A stretch of DNA of 64,000 nt from an uncultured Spirochaetota bacterium (GTDB lineage Bacteria > Spirochaetota > UBA4802 > UBA5550), in assembly GCA_963827275.1 (NCBI GenBank), contig CAWHAA010000002.1, positions 276,566 to 340,565 on the forward strand. Direction: 5' to 3'. The notes under the pieces were generated by a model that was given only the letters and a program-made list of their open reading frames with translations, was not told the DNA's origin and searched no databases. Position 1 is the stretch's first letter, and every line of letters starts with the position of its first letter. Below, one piece after another: positions 9,959-21,636 of the stretch. A program made the position numbers and the translations under genes.

Positions 9959-10798
9959 TTACCTGACGTCCAGGAGCCGCGCCGCGTTCATCCCCAGAAT
10001 ATCAGCTTTCCATCCCCTTTCGGGGACCGCTCTGTCAATCGAATCCAGGTAACGCCTGTGCGTAAGGAGCGGGTAATCGCTGCCAAAGAGTATCCTTCCC
10101 GGGCCGACGATCCGTGCGGCGGTCCCGTACATTTCATCCGAATAGAGATACGGTGAGGCGGCGGTGTCATAGTAGCAGTGCGCCAGCCCCTTCGATACCT
10201 CCGGCATGAGCTCGTAAAACAGCAGGCCGCCCCCCCAGTGTGACAGGATGATCGTGGCCTCCGGAACAGCGGCCAGCGTTTCGAAAAGCCAGCCCAGGTC
10301 GGGGTCATACTTCCCCGGGTAGCGGTGCCCCACCGGCTCGTTCACGTGCAGGCAGAGGGGGAGCCCGCATGCCTGGACCGCGGCGAGCAGGCGCACCAGG
10401 TGGCGGCGGTTCCCCGGCGTCATGCCGTCGCGGTAGAAGCCCGCCTCGCCCACGCCGGCAAGCCCCATCTCCTTGATCGACCGCACCCACGCCTCGACGT
10501 CGGCCGTGCCGTTCACCGGGACCGACCCGAACGGCAGGACGGCGCCGCCGGAAAGGCGCATAACGTCAGCGAAGTATTCATTCTGCGCGGCGCAGAGGTC
10601 GTCGCGTTCCCAGGGGAAGCCCATCGCCACGGCGCGGTCGATGCCGGACAATCTCATCGACTCCATGAGCGCGCGGTGATCCACGAGGGCGGATTTCCGG
10701 TCTTCGTGTATCACACGGAACTGGCGGTCGGCGAGGGCGCTCTCCCTGTCATCGCAGATGTCGCGGCTGAAGATGTGGGTGTGAACATCTATGACCAT
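9959..10798 (-). CDS. Amidohydrolase family protein (Amidohydro_2-like)
   Basis: IDVHTH, GVGE, ILSHWGG, YDTAA, ILFGSDYP. Confidence 0.9.
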   Translation of the reverse strand: MVIDVHTHIFSRDICDDRESALADRQFRVIHEDRKSALVDHRALMESMRLSGIDRAVAMGFPWERDDLCAAQNEYFADVMRLSGGAVLPFGSVPVNGTADVEAWVRSIKEMGLAGVGEAGFYRDGMTPGNRRHLVRLLAAVQACGLPLCLHVNEPVGHRYPGKYDPDLGWLFETLAAVPEATIILSHWGGGLLFYELMPEVSKGLAHCYYDTAASPYLYSDEMYGTAARIVGPGRILFGSDYPLLTHRRYLDSIDRAVPERGWKADILGMNAARLLDVR

Positions 10799-10893
10799 GG
10801 CAGTGGATGGTATCCGATGATCGCGGCGGCTTCAATAAGTTTTTTATTTGACTTTATAAAATTATTGCTTTACCTTTCTTTCGGGACAGGCCT

Positions 10894-12231
10894 ATGATCG
10901 GTGCAGCGATGAAGAAACACGCGACATTGTATGTTTTGATCTGCCTTCTGGCGGCGGTTGTTCCCGGCGCGCGCGCCGCCGCTGCATCATTTACCATGGG
11001 CAGGATGCAGACCGTCGGTTCCGACGGATCGCTTGACGCGACCCTGAGCCCGTCCCTCCTGACGGCGCAACGGACCGACAACGCCATAGGAGTCCTCCTG
11101 CTCTATGCTCCCTTCGCGTCTCACGGGTACGCGTATGATCATTACCGGGATTCATCCTTCCTGAGGAACCTGACGCTCGACGCCGCCTACAGCGCCGGGA
11201 GCGTGCTCCTCTCCTACAGCAGAAAAACGCCGGCCGGCATTGTGGGACTTGCGCTTGATACCGATGACACTTACGGGGGCGAGTCCAGGCGCTATAAACG
11301 GGCCTATGCCGGCATCTGGATGGGAACTATCTCCTACACCGAGATCAAGGGCAAAACGATGGCGATGTCGCCCCGTGCCGTTTTTTCCTTCGGCGGGACG
11401 GTGAAGGGAGAACATTCATTGGGAGTGCAGTGCGCCGCGGGGTACTCGCTCTCCAGGGATGATACCAATTACAGCGTTGCCATGAACTTCCAGCCGAGCC
11501 AGAAGCACCATGCATCGAAGAGGACGGAGGAGGCCCGGGCGGAACTGTCGTTCGGGTACTCCTACCGGAATCCCGACTCCCAGGCGGGGCTGATGATCCG
11601 ATCCGGCAGGTTCGCCTGGCAGAAGACGAAAATTTATTACAACCATGCGGATTTTTATCCACTGCCATACCTGCCGTTTACTTTTCAGATACTCTACGCC
11701 GGCAGCGTGTCCGAGCCGTACGCCTTCAAGTATGACCGGGGATTCAGCATCATTGCCGGAGGGTATCACCGGCCCGCCAGGTTCATAGCGCTCGCGCTCG
11801 AGGGCGAGCTCCAGGTGCCGATAGCCTATTCCGTTAAGGACCTCCGGTTCGATGAAACGACCTTTTATTTCGGCGTGTTGCACAACCTGGGGATCAGGCG
11901 CTCCGGCGTGATCTGCATAAGGGCCGGTTTTGAAATAATGCCCGCCGGGCCGGTGGTCATCAGCCTCGGGGGATCGGCCCGCATAGCGCGGGAGAGAAAA
12001 AAGGGCGCCTACCTTTCGGAGTCGGTCAAAACGGAAGAGTACAGCGGCACCGTCGGGCTTGATATCAGGGCGGTGGACAACCTGCTCATCATGGCCGGGT
12101 CCCGGCTGACGTACACGCGGGAACGGAAAAAGTCATCGACAAACTACAATTTCTTGGGCTCGGGCTCGTTTGACGGGCTTGCGACGCTGCTTCACGTCGA
12201 TTGCTTTATCGGGACTTCTGTCGGATTTTAG
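10894..12231 (+). CDS. Secreted protein, probable outer-membrane beta-barrel
   Basis: Signal peptide, amphipathic aromatic beta-strands, C-terminal Phe. Confidence 0.6.
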   Translation: MIGAAMKKHATLYVLICLLAAVVPGARAAAASFTMGRMQTVGSDGSLDATLSPSLLTAQRTDNAIGVLLLYAPFASHGYAYDHYRDSSFLRNLTLDAAYSAGSVLLSYSRKTPAGIVGLALDTDDTYGGESRRYKRAYAGIWMGTISYTEIKGKTMAMSPRAVFSFGGTVKGEHSLGVQCAAGYSLSRDDTNYSVAMNFQPSQKHHASKRTEEARAELSFGYSYRNPDSQAGLMIRSGRFAWQKTKIYYNHADFYPLPYLPFTFQILYAGSVSEPYAFKYDRGFSIIAGGYHRPARFIALALEGELQVPIAYSVKDLRFDETTFYFGVLHNLGIRRSGVICIRAGFEIMPAGPVVISLGGSARIARERKKGAYLSESVKTEEYSGTVGLDIRAVDNLLIMAGSRLTYTRERKKSSTNYNFLGSGSFDGLATLLHVDCFIGTSVGF

Positions 12232-12267
12232 CGTCGCGGCGCAACCATTCACGCAGGAGGACATGCC

Positions 12268-13374
12268 ATGGATATAGTTACCGTTCTGGGCATCACATGG
12301 CGCAAGGCGTCGACAGGGGACCTCCTGATCTTTGCCGCGGTCCTGGCGGTGCCGGTCAGCATTTTCATCCTGCTGAAAATAGCCCAGCGATTGAGGGACC
12401 GGCGCATCCATGATGAACAGCTTTTTCTGTTTAAATTGAAGCGCCTCGGCCTCTCGAACTTCCAGATCAAGATCGTGAACAACCTGGTTGAGATCCTCGG
12501 CCTCTCGAACCCGAACCATCTGCTTGAAGATCCCGTGAATTTCGAGCGGGCGATAGGCAGGTTCCTCACGCATGCGCGGGGGAGCGGTCAGGATGAGGAA
12601 TCCCAGTGCATGATCTGCAGGGACATCACCGCCATCTACGACAAGCTCTATTTCAAGCTCCTGTTCAAGAAACCGCTGAAGGGCCTTGCCGACATTGACA
12701 GCGAGCAGCTCCTCTACTTCTCCGCGGGCGGCAACAAGGTGTTCCTGGGGAAGATAATCGCGATGAATGAAAAAGAATTCAGGCTGAAAATCTTCGGGAA
12801 TCCGGCGGCGCTCGCGGCCATGGCCGGCGGTAGTCCCGTGACGTTCCAGATATTCAGGCTGGGCGACGCCGAGTATGAATTCGTCTCCCGGGTCATCGGC
12901 CATGAAGGGGCGGAGCTCAGGGTCGCGGTACCGGCCGAGCTCGTCAGGCGCGAGGAGACGCGGCATCCGTACGTTGACGTCATCATTCCCGCCCGGATTT
13001 CACGAAATGAAACACAGGCGCCGGAAACCGGCGTGAAAGAGAACGCGGAAGGCGGAGAGCCCCCGGCCGGCGACGCCGGCCTGTCCGAGGAAGAAGGCAT
13101 GCTGGCAGACGAGATCAGGCCGGAGATTTTCTCCTGTACCATCTATAAGATCAATGACTTTGAAGCCGTCCTGCGGCTCCAGGAGCGGCTCGATTTCAAC
13201 TACCGCTACCTGCTTGAATTCATGGCGATGGACTTCCAGTTCAAGATCATCGTGAAAGTGATCGCCACGAAAACTGTCGAGGAGGGTGACGTCCTGTATT
13301 ACACGGTCAAGTTCGACGAAATGCCGGACGCCGCCGCAGTGGTGCTGAAAAAATACGTGTACGAGCACCTCTAA
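12268..13374 (+). CDS. Membrane-anchored protein with YcgR/PilZ-like region
   Basis: N-terminal TM helix; YEFVSRV...RREETRHPYVDV resembles a PilZN-PilZ linker. Confidence 0.5.
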   Translation: MDIVTVLGITWRKASTGDLLIFAAVLAVPVSIFILLKIAQRLRDRRIHDEQLFLFKLKRLGLSNFQIKIVNNLVEILGLSNPNHLLEDPVNFERAIGRFLTHARGSGQDEESQCMICRDITAIYDKLYFKLLFKKPLKGLADIDSEQLLYFSAGGNKVFLGKIIAMNEKEFRLKIFGNPAALAAMAGGSPVTFQIFRLGDAEYEFVSRVIGHEGAELRVAVPAELVRREETRHPYVDVIIPARISRNETQAPETGVKENAEGGEPPAGDAGLSEEEGMLADEIRPEIFSCTIYKINDFEAVLRLQERLDFNYRYLLEFMAMDFQFKIIVKVIATKTVEEGDVLYYTVKFDEMPDAAAVVLKKYVYEHL

Positions 13375-14234
13375 AAATAGCCGGGCAGGATCGCCTTGAG
13401 CTTCTTGACCTGCGCCGCGCCCCGCTTATGCCCGGCCGTGATGTGCGCGTACTTCGCGGCTTCTTCACACCCGCAGCCGCGCCCCCTCCCCAGGCGCTCC
13501 AGCAGCAGCTTGAGGAGCCGCTTCGCATTACCCGCGTTGGTCGTGAGGTTGCGCACCACCATGTCGATGGTGACGTGCTCTTCCGTTTCATGCCAGCAGT
13601 CATAGTCGGTGCTCATGCATATGACGGCGTAGCAGATCTCCGCCTCCCGGGCGAGCTTCGCCTCGGGCAGGGTGCTCATATTGATGATGCCGGCGCCCCA
13701 GGAGCGGTAGAGGTTGCTTTCGGCCTTCGTTGAAAACGCCGGTCCCTCCATGCAGATCAGGGTCTCGCCGGTGTGCATGGTCAGGCCGAGCTCGCCTGCG
13801 GCCGGCGTTATGACGGAATGGAGCCTCCCGCAGAACGGGTGCCCGAAAGAGATGTGGGCGGCGACGCCGTTGCCGAAGAACGAGCTCTCGCGCGATTTTG
13901 TCCGGTCGATGACCTGGTCGGGCAGGACGAAGTCGAGCGGCCGGATCGCTTCCTTGAGGCTTCCGACCGCGGAGAAGGCGATGATCTCCTCCACGCCGAT
14001 CATTTTCAGCGCGGCGATGTTTGCGCGGTAGTTCACTTCATGCGGGAGATGGACATGCCCCCTGCCGTGGCGCGGCAGGAACGCCGCCCTGCGGCCATCG
14101 ATGTCGGCGATGACGATGCTGTCCGACGTTTCCCCCCACGGGGTCTTGACGTCGATCTCCTCAATGGTCGTCGCGCCCTCTATTTCATACAGGCCGGAGC
14201 CCCCGATTATGCCGATCGATGCTTTTTTCTCCAT
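13371..14234 (-). CDS. mtnP: S-methyl-5'-thioadenosine phosphorylase
   Basis: GIIGGSGLY, FLPRHG, SAVGSL, EGPAFSTKAES, INMS, STDYDCW. Confidence 0.95.
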   Translation of the reverse strand: MEKKASIGIIGGSGLYEIEGATTIEEIDVKTPWGETSDSIVIADIDGRRAAFLPRHGRGHVHLPHEVNYRANIAALKMIGVEEIIAFSAVGSLKEAIRPLDFVLPDQVIDRTKSRESSFFGNGVAAHISFGHPFCGRLHSVITPAAGELGLTMHTGETLICMEGPAFSTKAESNLYRSWGAGIINMSTLPEAKLAREAEICYAVICMSTDYDCWHETEEHVTIDMVVRNLTTNAGNAKRLLKLLLERLGRGRGCGCEEAAKYAHITAGHKRGAAQVKKLKAILPGYF

Positions 14235-14342
14235 CAGTCGTTCCTCCCTTCGGTGCCGGATGCTACCCGGCCACGGTATTCAACGATGTATGGATAGGAT
14301 GGATTTTATAGCAAGAAAAAAATGTAAATAGGGACAGGGGAG

Positions 14343-14388
14343 GGCATTCTGTTAGCGTGGGGTTTAAACCCCATGCTAACAGAATGCC
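14343..14388. repeat. 46-bp near-perfect palindrome (REP-like)
   Basis: GGCATTCTGTTAGCGTGGGGTTT|AAACCCCATGCTAACAGAATGCC, one G-T mismatch. Confidence 0.8.
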
Positions 14389-14504
14389 GAATGATAGGGC
14401 AAAATGTAAAAAAAATAATTGCCGGCAAAGCCTTTTTGAGGTAGCGTATTACAAATATTTGACATTCTGAATACGCGAGAGAAAACATGCAAAAAGGAGG
14501 GCCT

Positions 14505-14993
14505 ATGAGACTGTCCCGCGTCATTGTACTGTTAATGGCGGCAGCCGCCCTGCTTATGGCCGGCCCGTCAGCTGCGCAGCGGAAGGAGATCCCCAAAGAG
14601 GAGGTGCCGGCGGACGTCATCGAAGTCCTGAACGCCTACATGAAGCTCCTGACGACGAGCCCGACCCTCGAAGCCTGCGGGGTGGCGGTGGAAAAAATCG
14701 CGGCGGGCCACATGCTTTCCATGAACGGTGGCATCTCGGACGACGTGATGCAGTTCAGCCTGAAGAAGGACTACCAGAACGCGAAGTTCTACAGGTTCCC
14801 GGTGGTGATCACAAGGGTGCAGCGCGTCGAGAACGATTATGACGGATTCGGACCGACCCTGTTCAAGGGCACCAGGTACCGGATATGGATTGCCAAGAAG
14901 GAGGGGGTCCCCGGCCTTCCCGCGCCGATCCCGATCATCAAGCCTGCGTCCGGCGGGCCTCCGAAGATCGTCACGACGATCGGCAGCCTGTAA
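14505..14993 (+). CDS. Secreted hypothetical protein
   Basis: GGAGG RBS, signal peptide ending PSAA, host-like codon usage. Confidence 0.75.
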   Translation: MRLSRVIVLLMAAAALLMAGPSAAQRKEIPKEEVPADVIEVLNAYMKLLTTSPTLEACGVAVEKIAAGHMLSMNGGISDDVMQFSLKKDYQNAKFYRFPVVITRVQRVENDYDGFGPTLFKGTRYRIWIAKKEGVPGLPAPIPIIKPASGGPPKIVTTIGSL

Positions 14994-15006
14994 GCCACTT
15001 AGGGTG

Positions 15007-15039
15007 GCCGGCCCCCTCAACCGCCGGCCGGCTTTTTTT
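15007..15039 (+). terminator. Rho-independent terminator
   Basis: GCCGGCC stem followed by T7. Confidence 0.7.
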
Positions 15040-15181
15040 CGCCATCCATGCCGGCGGCCGGGTTACGGATATTGAAAATGTCCTTGCCATTCAGGCTAAC
15101 TGCTGTTGTACTATGAAAAAAACCGGCAGAGGGCTTGCCTGCCCTGTGCCCTGTACGGCAATAGCATACGGTGAGAGATAC

Positions 15182-16069
15182 ATGATGGTTAAAACCCCGG
15201 GCCTCATATTCGCCACGCTGAAAAATATTCGCGCCACGGCCCTTAACCGGGAAATGATCGGATTCTCGATTGAAAGAACACTCGGCCCGGTTACGCCCGG
15301 TCACATCAGGCGGTACGCGCAGGCCACGCGCGACCCGAACCCGGCCTATTGCGGTGTTGACCCGATCGCGCCCCCGTTTTTCCTGTCATGCCTGATATGG
15401 GACCACATGAAAGAAATTTACGTCCACCCCGACCTTCACGTCAACTTTTTCAGGCTGATGCACGCGGAGCAGCGGGTGAGCTGGCACAGCCCGATCCACG
15501 CCGGGGACAGACTGACCGCGCGGATCATGATAAAGGACATCGAGGATACGCGGGCCGGCCAGCTGCTGAAAATATCAGGCTCGGTGATAACGCAGGACGG
15601 GAGCATCGCGGCTGAAGCTACGGCGGGACTCATGATAAAAAATCCCTCGTCTGCGAAAAAAGCAGGGGCACATCCTGCTGCCGAACGTCATCTGCGCGAA
15701 ACGGCCCGCCTCGAGATCAGGACAGAAATTGGGCAGAACCTGGATTACGCAAGGGCATCGGGAGACAGGAGCTTCATCCATATCAGCGACAGGCTCGCCC
15801 GCCTTGCCGGGCTTCCCGGCGCGGTCATGCACGGGGTATGCCTTCTTTCGATGGCCTGCTCGGCCTACACGGGAAGATTCCTGAACGGCGACAGCACGAG
15901 GCTCACCGGGGCATACACCAGGTTTTCATATCCCGCGCTTCCAGGGGAAACCCTTTCCATGATCTGTTTTGAGGGCCCCCCGGGGGAAACGCCATTTACC
16001 CTGGTCAACCGGTCAGGCAGAACAGTTTTATCACGGGGAATAATCACGTATAAAAGAAGTGGAGCATGA
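15182..16069 (+). CDS. MaoC-family double hot-dog dehydratase
   Basis: YAQATRDPNP, MHAEQ, YARASGDRSFIH, VMHG. Confidence 0.82.
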   Translation: MMVKTPGLIFATLKNIRATALNREMIGFSIERTLGPVTPGHIRRYAQATRDPNPAYCGVDPIAPPFFLSCLIWDHMKEIYVHPDLHVNFFRLMHAEQRVSWHSPIHAGDRLTARIMIKDIEDTRAGQLLKISGSVITQDGSIAAEATAGLMIKNPSSAKKAGAHPAAERHLRETARLEIRTEIGQNLDYARASGDRSFIHISDRLARLAGLPGAVMHGVCLLSMACSAYTGRFLNGDSTRLTGAYTRFSYPALPGETLSMICFEGPPGETPFTLVNRSGRTVLSRGIITYKRSGA

Positions 16070-16103
16070 TACAATCAATGCCCTGTGAGGCGCCTGCCCG
16101 ATA

Positions 16104-17489
16104 TTAAAAAATTTTCCCCGGGTTCAGGATCCCCTTCGGGTCAAAGGCCTTCTTTATCCTCTTTAAAAGCTCAATCTCCGCGTCACCGCAGGCGAGGCAG
16201 AGGTAGTCTTTCCTGATGCAGCCGATCCCGTGCTCGCCGGTGATGGTGCCGCCAAGGGCGAGGGCGCGCCGGTAGATTGCGCGTTTCAGCTCGGGAAGGG
16301 CGGCCTTCCACGCATCGTAACCGGTCTCGCCTTTCAGCACGTCGATGTGCACGTTGCCGTCGCCGGCGTGGCCGAACATGACGGAGCGGAGGCCCTTCGA
16401 TTCGAAGTATTCCTTCAACCCGGTCAGGAACTCCGGTATGCGCGAGCGCGGCACCACGCAGTCCTCGGCGAGGAACACCGGGCTCACTGACGTTATGGAT
16501 TCGCGGATCGAGCGGCGCGCCTTCCAGAGCCGTTCACGCTGCGCGGGTGACCCTGCGATGAGCATCTTTTCCTGGTCCACGCTGACGGCCCGGCCGATGC
16601 GCCCGAGGTCCTCCATGACCGCCTGCTCCGAGCTGCCGTCGACCTGGATGAGCAGGTGGGCGCCGGCCGCGGGAAACGGCACCTCGCGCCCCAGGTGCCC
16701 GGCCACCAGGGCGATGGCGTCACGCTCCATGAACTCAATGGTGGCGGGCACGATCCCGCTTTGCAAAATTTCGGTGACGGCCACGGCGGCATCCTGTATC
16801 GAGGTGAAGGGTATCAGCATGTCGATTGAGGCGGAGGGCGCGGGCACCAGGCGCAGAAAAATCTTCGTAACGACCGCGAGGGTGCCCTCGGAGCCGACGA
16901 GTATGCCCGACAGGTTATAACCGGTCGCGTTCTTGACGATTTTTCCGCCAGTCGTGATGACGCTTCCGTCGGCAAGGACGAACTCCAGTCCCAGCACGTA
17001 GTCCTTGGTGGTGCCGTACCGGACGGCGCGGGGGCCGCCGGCGTTTTCTGCCACGTTGCCGCCGATGGAGCAGGAATCCAGGCTTGCCGGATCGGGCGGA
17101 TACATGAGGCCCCGGGCCTGTGCCGCCTCCTGAATGTCGCGGGTGACGGCGCCCGGCTCCACCACCGCCACCATGTTCTCTATGTCGATCTCGATGATGC
17201 GGTTCATCTTTTCAAGGGACAGAACCACTCCTCCCATGACCGGCACTGCGCCGCCGGTGACGCCGGTCCCGGCGCCGCGCGGTATCACGGGTATGCTTCG
17301 CTCGTTGCAGTAGGAAAGCACCAGTCGCACGTCATCGGTCGTTTCGGCACGCACCAGAATATCCGGCATGGCGCGGAGGTCAGAGGTCTCGTCCTTCGCG
17401 TAGGTTTCCAGGATATCGGGATCGGTGACGACCCTGATGTTCCCGCCGAGGCGGGACAGCTCATCTGCGATGCGTGCATAGTCTGTCAT
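16104..17489 (-). CDS. FAD-linked oxidase, GlcD / D-lactate dehydrogenase family
   Basis: PRGAGTG, PPDPAS, IGGNVAENAGG, GSEGTL, GHAGDGNVH, GEHGIG, NPGK. Confidence 0.9.
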   Translation of the reverse strand: MTDYARIADELSRLGGNIRVVTDPDILETYAKDETSDLRAMPDILVRAETTDDVRLVLSYCNERSIPVIPRGAGTGVTGGAVPVMGGVVLSLEKMNRIIEIDIENMVAVVEPGAVTRDIQEAAQARGLMYPPDPASLDSCSIGGNVAENAGGPRAVRYGTTKDYVLGLEFVLADGSVITTGGKIVKNATGYNLSGILVGSEGTLAVVTKIFLRLVPAPSASIDMLIPFTSIQDAAVAVTEILQSGIVPATIEFMERDAIALVAGHLGREVPFPAAGAHLLIQVDGSSEQAVMEDLGRIGRAVSVDQEKMLIAGSPAQRERLWKARRSIRESITSVSPVFLAEDCVVPRSRIPEFLTGLKEYFESKGLRSVMFGHAGDGNVHIDVLKGETGYDAWKAALPELKRAIYRRALALGGTITGEHGIGCIRKDYLCLACGDAEIELLKRIKKAFDPKGILNPGKIF

Positions 17490-17756
17490 GCGGGTACCTG
17501 CCGTTATCACGGTAATGGTGGCAGAAGAATCATGTCAAGGATTTATACGGCGTCTGCGCGGTAATGTGAGAATGCCTCTCCCGTCACCCGCCGTCATGCC
17601 GGCGGGGTGTGAATAATAAAATCCTTGATTTCTTCCGCCGCACCCCGCATAGTTGATGGCAGCGGCACTCCCCGTTGCGTCCTCATGCCGGGATGCCACG
17701 AATGGGAGGATGGACCCGCGTCATATTAAATTTCTAGATGAAAGGGGAACACGCAT

Positions 17757-17867
17757 ATGGGAAAATCACAGGATGCAAAAAAATCGGAGAAGAAAAAACC
17801 GCAAAAAACCGCGAAAGAGAAAAAGCTGGAAAAGCTGGAAAAGAAAAAATTAAGTAAGTACGAATAG
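17757..17867 (+). CDS. 36-aa lysine-rich small protein (missing from ORF track)
   Basis: AAGGGG RBS; MGKSQDAKKSEKKKPQKTAKEKKLEKLEKKKLSKYE*; GC hairpin follows. Confidence 0.65.
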   Translation: MGKSQDAKKSEKKKPQKTAKEKKLEKLEKKKLSKYE

Positions 17868-18278
17868 TGTCATTCAACCTGCCCGCCCCTGCACGCAACG
17901 CCCGGGGCGGGCAGAGATTCAATGCTCGATCACCGGAACTTACCGCGGATGCCTGGAGCCGGACGCATCAATAGTAACTGCCCCTGCAAAGCTACATAAC
18001 AAGACAATTCATGCTTTTCTGTTTATTTTTAATCTTTTATATAGAAAAATATCATCTTTATATCAGGTTAATTAATAAAACTGAAGGGTCATTTTTTGAT
18101 ATATCAGACTCAGGCCAGACCTGCCCCCTTCTTTGTGTATATATTTCCCCTACATGAAGGGTGTTTTATTATATGATTTTAATATACCGGCCAGACGGTT
18201 ATTGGCAATTTAATAGAAAACAAACAGTATTACAAATTAGTGATTATTAAAGATTAAAACAAAAAGGGGGGAAAAACA

Positions 18279-19217
18279 ATGAATGCAAACGCACTTAAAG
18301 AAAATATAACCCGCCCCATCGAACAGGAGGCTTCCCGCCCCGAACAGATCCCGGTCACCAGCCAGGACTATTTTTTGATCCATAATAAAGGATTCAATTA
18401 TTATGGCATCGACCTGAGCGGTGTTGATATCGGCAGGCTGGAAGACATCATCAGCGCGTGCGAAACGGTCGAAAAAAGCACCTGGACCGCGCAGGAAAAC
18501 TTTTACGAATACTTCAGGAAGTGCAATCTTCTCATTTACGCGGAGAAGGACGGGCACGTGGTGGGATTCTGCCTCGCTTCGCTGCTCCTTATCAACGAAT
18601 ATTGCTTCTTCACCAACGACGAGACCATGGTCCTCAAGGATTACCAGGGGTTCAACATCGCCCTCTATATCGTCACCACGGCGTTCCTCTATTTCATGAA
18701 GAAGCTTGACCTGGGGAAATCGATAAAGAAATTCATCTATGTCTCCATTTCAGCAAATCCGCAGGTGGTGAACGGCTATTTCCAGAACATCTACTGGAAC
18801 AAGTTCGACAATTCCTACCATCCCTCGAAGGAGCTGGTCGGCATCCACCACGCGTACCTTGAAAAGTACAACATGTCGCTTGTCGATCATGACTATCCCT
18901 TCTGCGTGAAGAACCTCTTTCCCGGCTCGCAGCACCTGGACTGGACGAAGAAGAAGTTCCAGTTCAAGGACGAGGTGAAAAAGCTCATGCCGTCTGAATT
19001 CGACCACAAGGAGCGGGGCGACGCGTGGGCGTTCATGTTCATGACGAACATGCGGGGGGCCTACAAGCTTTTCCTGTATATGGCCATCGCTTTTATCGGC
19101 AGGAAGACATTTTTCAACGAGCGGCTCGGACTGTTCAGGAGGAAGAAGCGCCTGCTGGTCAAACCGAAGCTGACCAGGGTGCGCCTGATCGACGGAAGGT
19201 TCGTCGAGCAGTATTGA
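18279..19217 (+). CDS. Hypothetical protein, possibly GNAT-like fold
   Basis: Long ORF with RBS; AEKDGHVVGF and VLKDYQG resemble GNAT motifs. Confidence 0.55.
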   Translation: MNANALKENITRPIEQEASRPEQIPVTSQDYFLIHNKGFNYYGIDLSGVDIGRLEDIISACETVEKSTWTAQENFYEYFRKCNLLIYAEKDGHVVGFCLASLLLINEYCFFTNDETMVLKDYQGFNIALYIVTTAFLYFMKKLDLGKSIKKFIYVSISANPQVVNGYFQNIYWNKFDNSYHPSKELVGIHHAYLEKYNMSLVDHDYPFCVKNLFPGSQHLDWTKKKFQFKDEVKKLMPSEFDHKERGDAWAFMFMTNMRGAYKLFLYMAIAFIGRKTFFNERLGLFRRKKRLLVKPKLTRVRLIDGRFVEQY

Positions 19218-19229
19218 TCCGGCGCTTCA

Positions 19230-19930
19230 TCACTGGACAAGGGACCGGAGGTAGCGTTTCAGCTCCTCCGGTTCTTTTTGCCTCCTGACCGCCTCGGTGC
19301 CCACCACATACCCGTCGCCGATCGCGCAGGCCTGCCGCGCGTCGCTCCCGGTCTTGACGCCGAACCCGATGATCACCTTCTTGTCGGTATTGTCCCGTAT
19401 CATTGTTATTTTATCGACCAGCTCGGGAGCGGTGAAATCCGACCGCGCGCCGGTGATGCCGCGGACCCCGACGAAGTAGATGATCTCGCTCGCCGATTCA
19501 TTCATCAGCGCCAGGTCGGAGGCGCGGGTCTCGAGGGTGGCGAGGGGGACGATCGGCAGGGCGAAGCCGCCGTCGTAAAAAAGCCGGGCCATCCTGTTGG
19601 GGACATCGGGGATGATAACCCCGTCAAGCAGCCCCGCCATGTCGTCAGAGAAGCGCTTCAATCCGCATGCGTGTATGATGTTTGCGTAGGTCATCACGTA
19701 TTTTTTTATGCCGCTGCCCCGCAGCGCCCTGATGCCGTCCATGACCGACGGCGGTGTCACGCCGGCGGCAAGGGAATCGTGGATCGCCCCGGCGATCACC
19801 GGGCCGTCCGCTATCGGGTCATTGAAGGGGATGCCCACCTCGATGAAATCAAAGCCGGCAGAAACGACCGCGTTGAAGCACTCAATGAATGTCGCCATGT
19901 CAGGATACCCGCCGGCAAGATATATTCCTT

Positions 19931-19934
<4 letters not shown>
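19230..19934 (-). CDS. trpA: Tryptophan synthase alpha chain
   Basis: [32 protein letters not shown]. Confidence 0.92.
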
Positions 19935-21093
<1,159 letters not shown>

Positions 21094-21107
<14 letters not shown>

Positions 21108-21636
21108 GGCGCACCTCTGCAATAAACGTTTCCATAAGACGGTAGTCCTTTGTTCCCCTGGTCTTCTCCACCCCGCTCGATACATCGATCCCGAAGGGCC
21201 GGTAGCCGCGGATGACACGCGAAACATTTTCCGGCGTGAGACCGCCGGATATGATAAGCCGTTCCCTGATGCCATGGAGCCATGGCGGGAATTCGGCGCT
21301 TGCTCCCGAGCCCCTGCTCGCGTCGAACATGAAGAGCGGCCGGGACCCTGCCGGCGGCTCTTTGTCGCCGGCGTAAATATACCGGTCCAGGTCGCGGAAT
21401 TCATACGCCTGCACGTAATCGAAATCCTCGCGACAGGCCGAGACCTCGTCATAGCTGAGGCCGACCGCGACCGTCAGTATCCTGCCGCGGGCGTAGCGCG
21501 CGAGCTTCCGCGCGCGGTCCGGGCCGCAGTGGCGGGGGCTCGGCCGGTGCATCACGACGCCGATCGCCGAATAGCCGAGAATGACCGCCTGGTCGACCTG
21601 CTCGGCGGAGGTTATGCCGCACACCTTTACGAACAC
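21094..21636 (-). CDS. trpF: Phosphoribosylanthranilate isomerase
   Basis: [25 protein letters not shown]. Confidence 0.92.
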
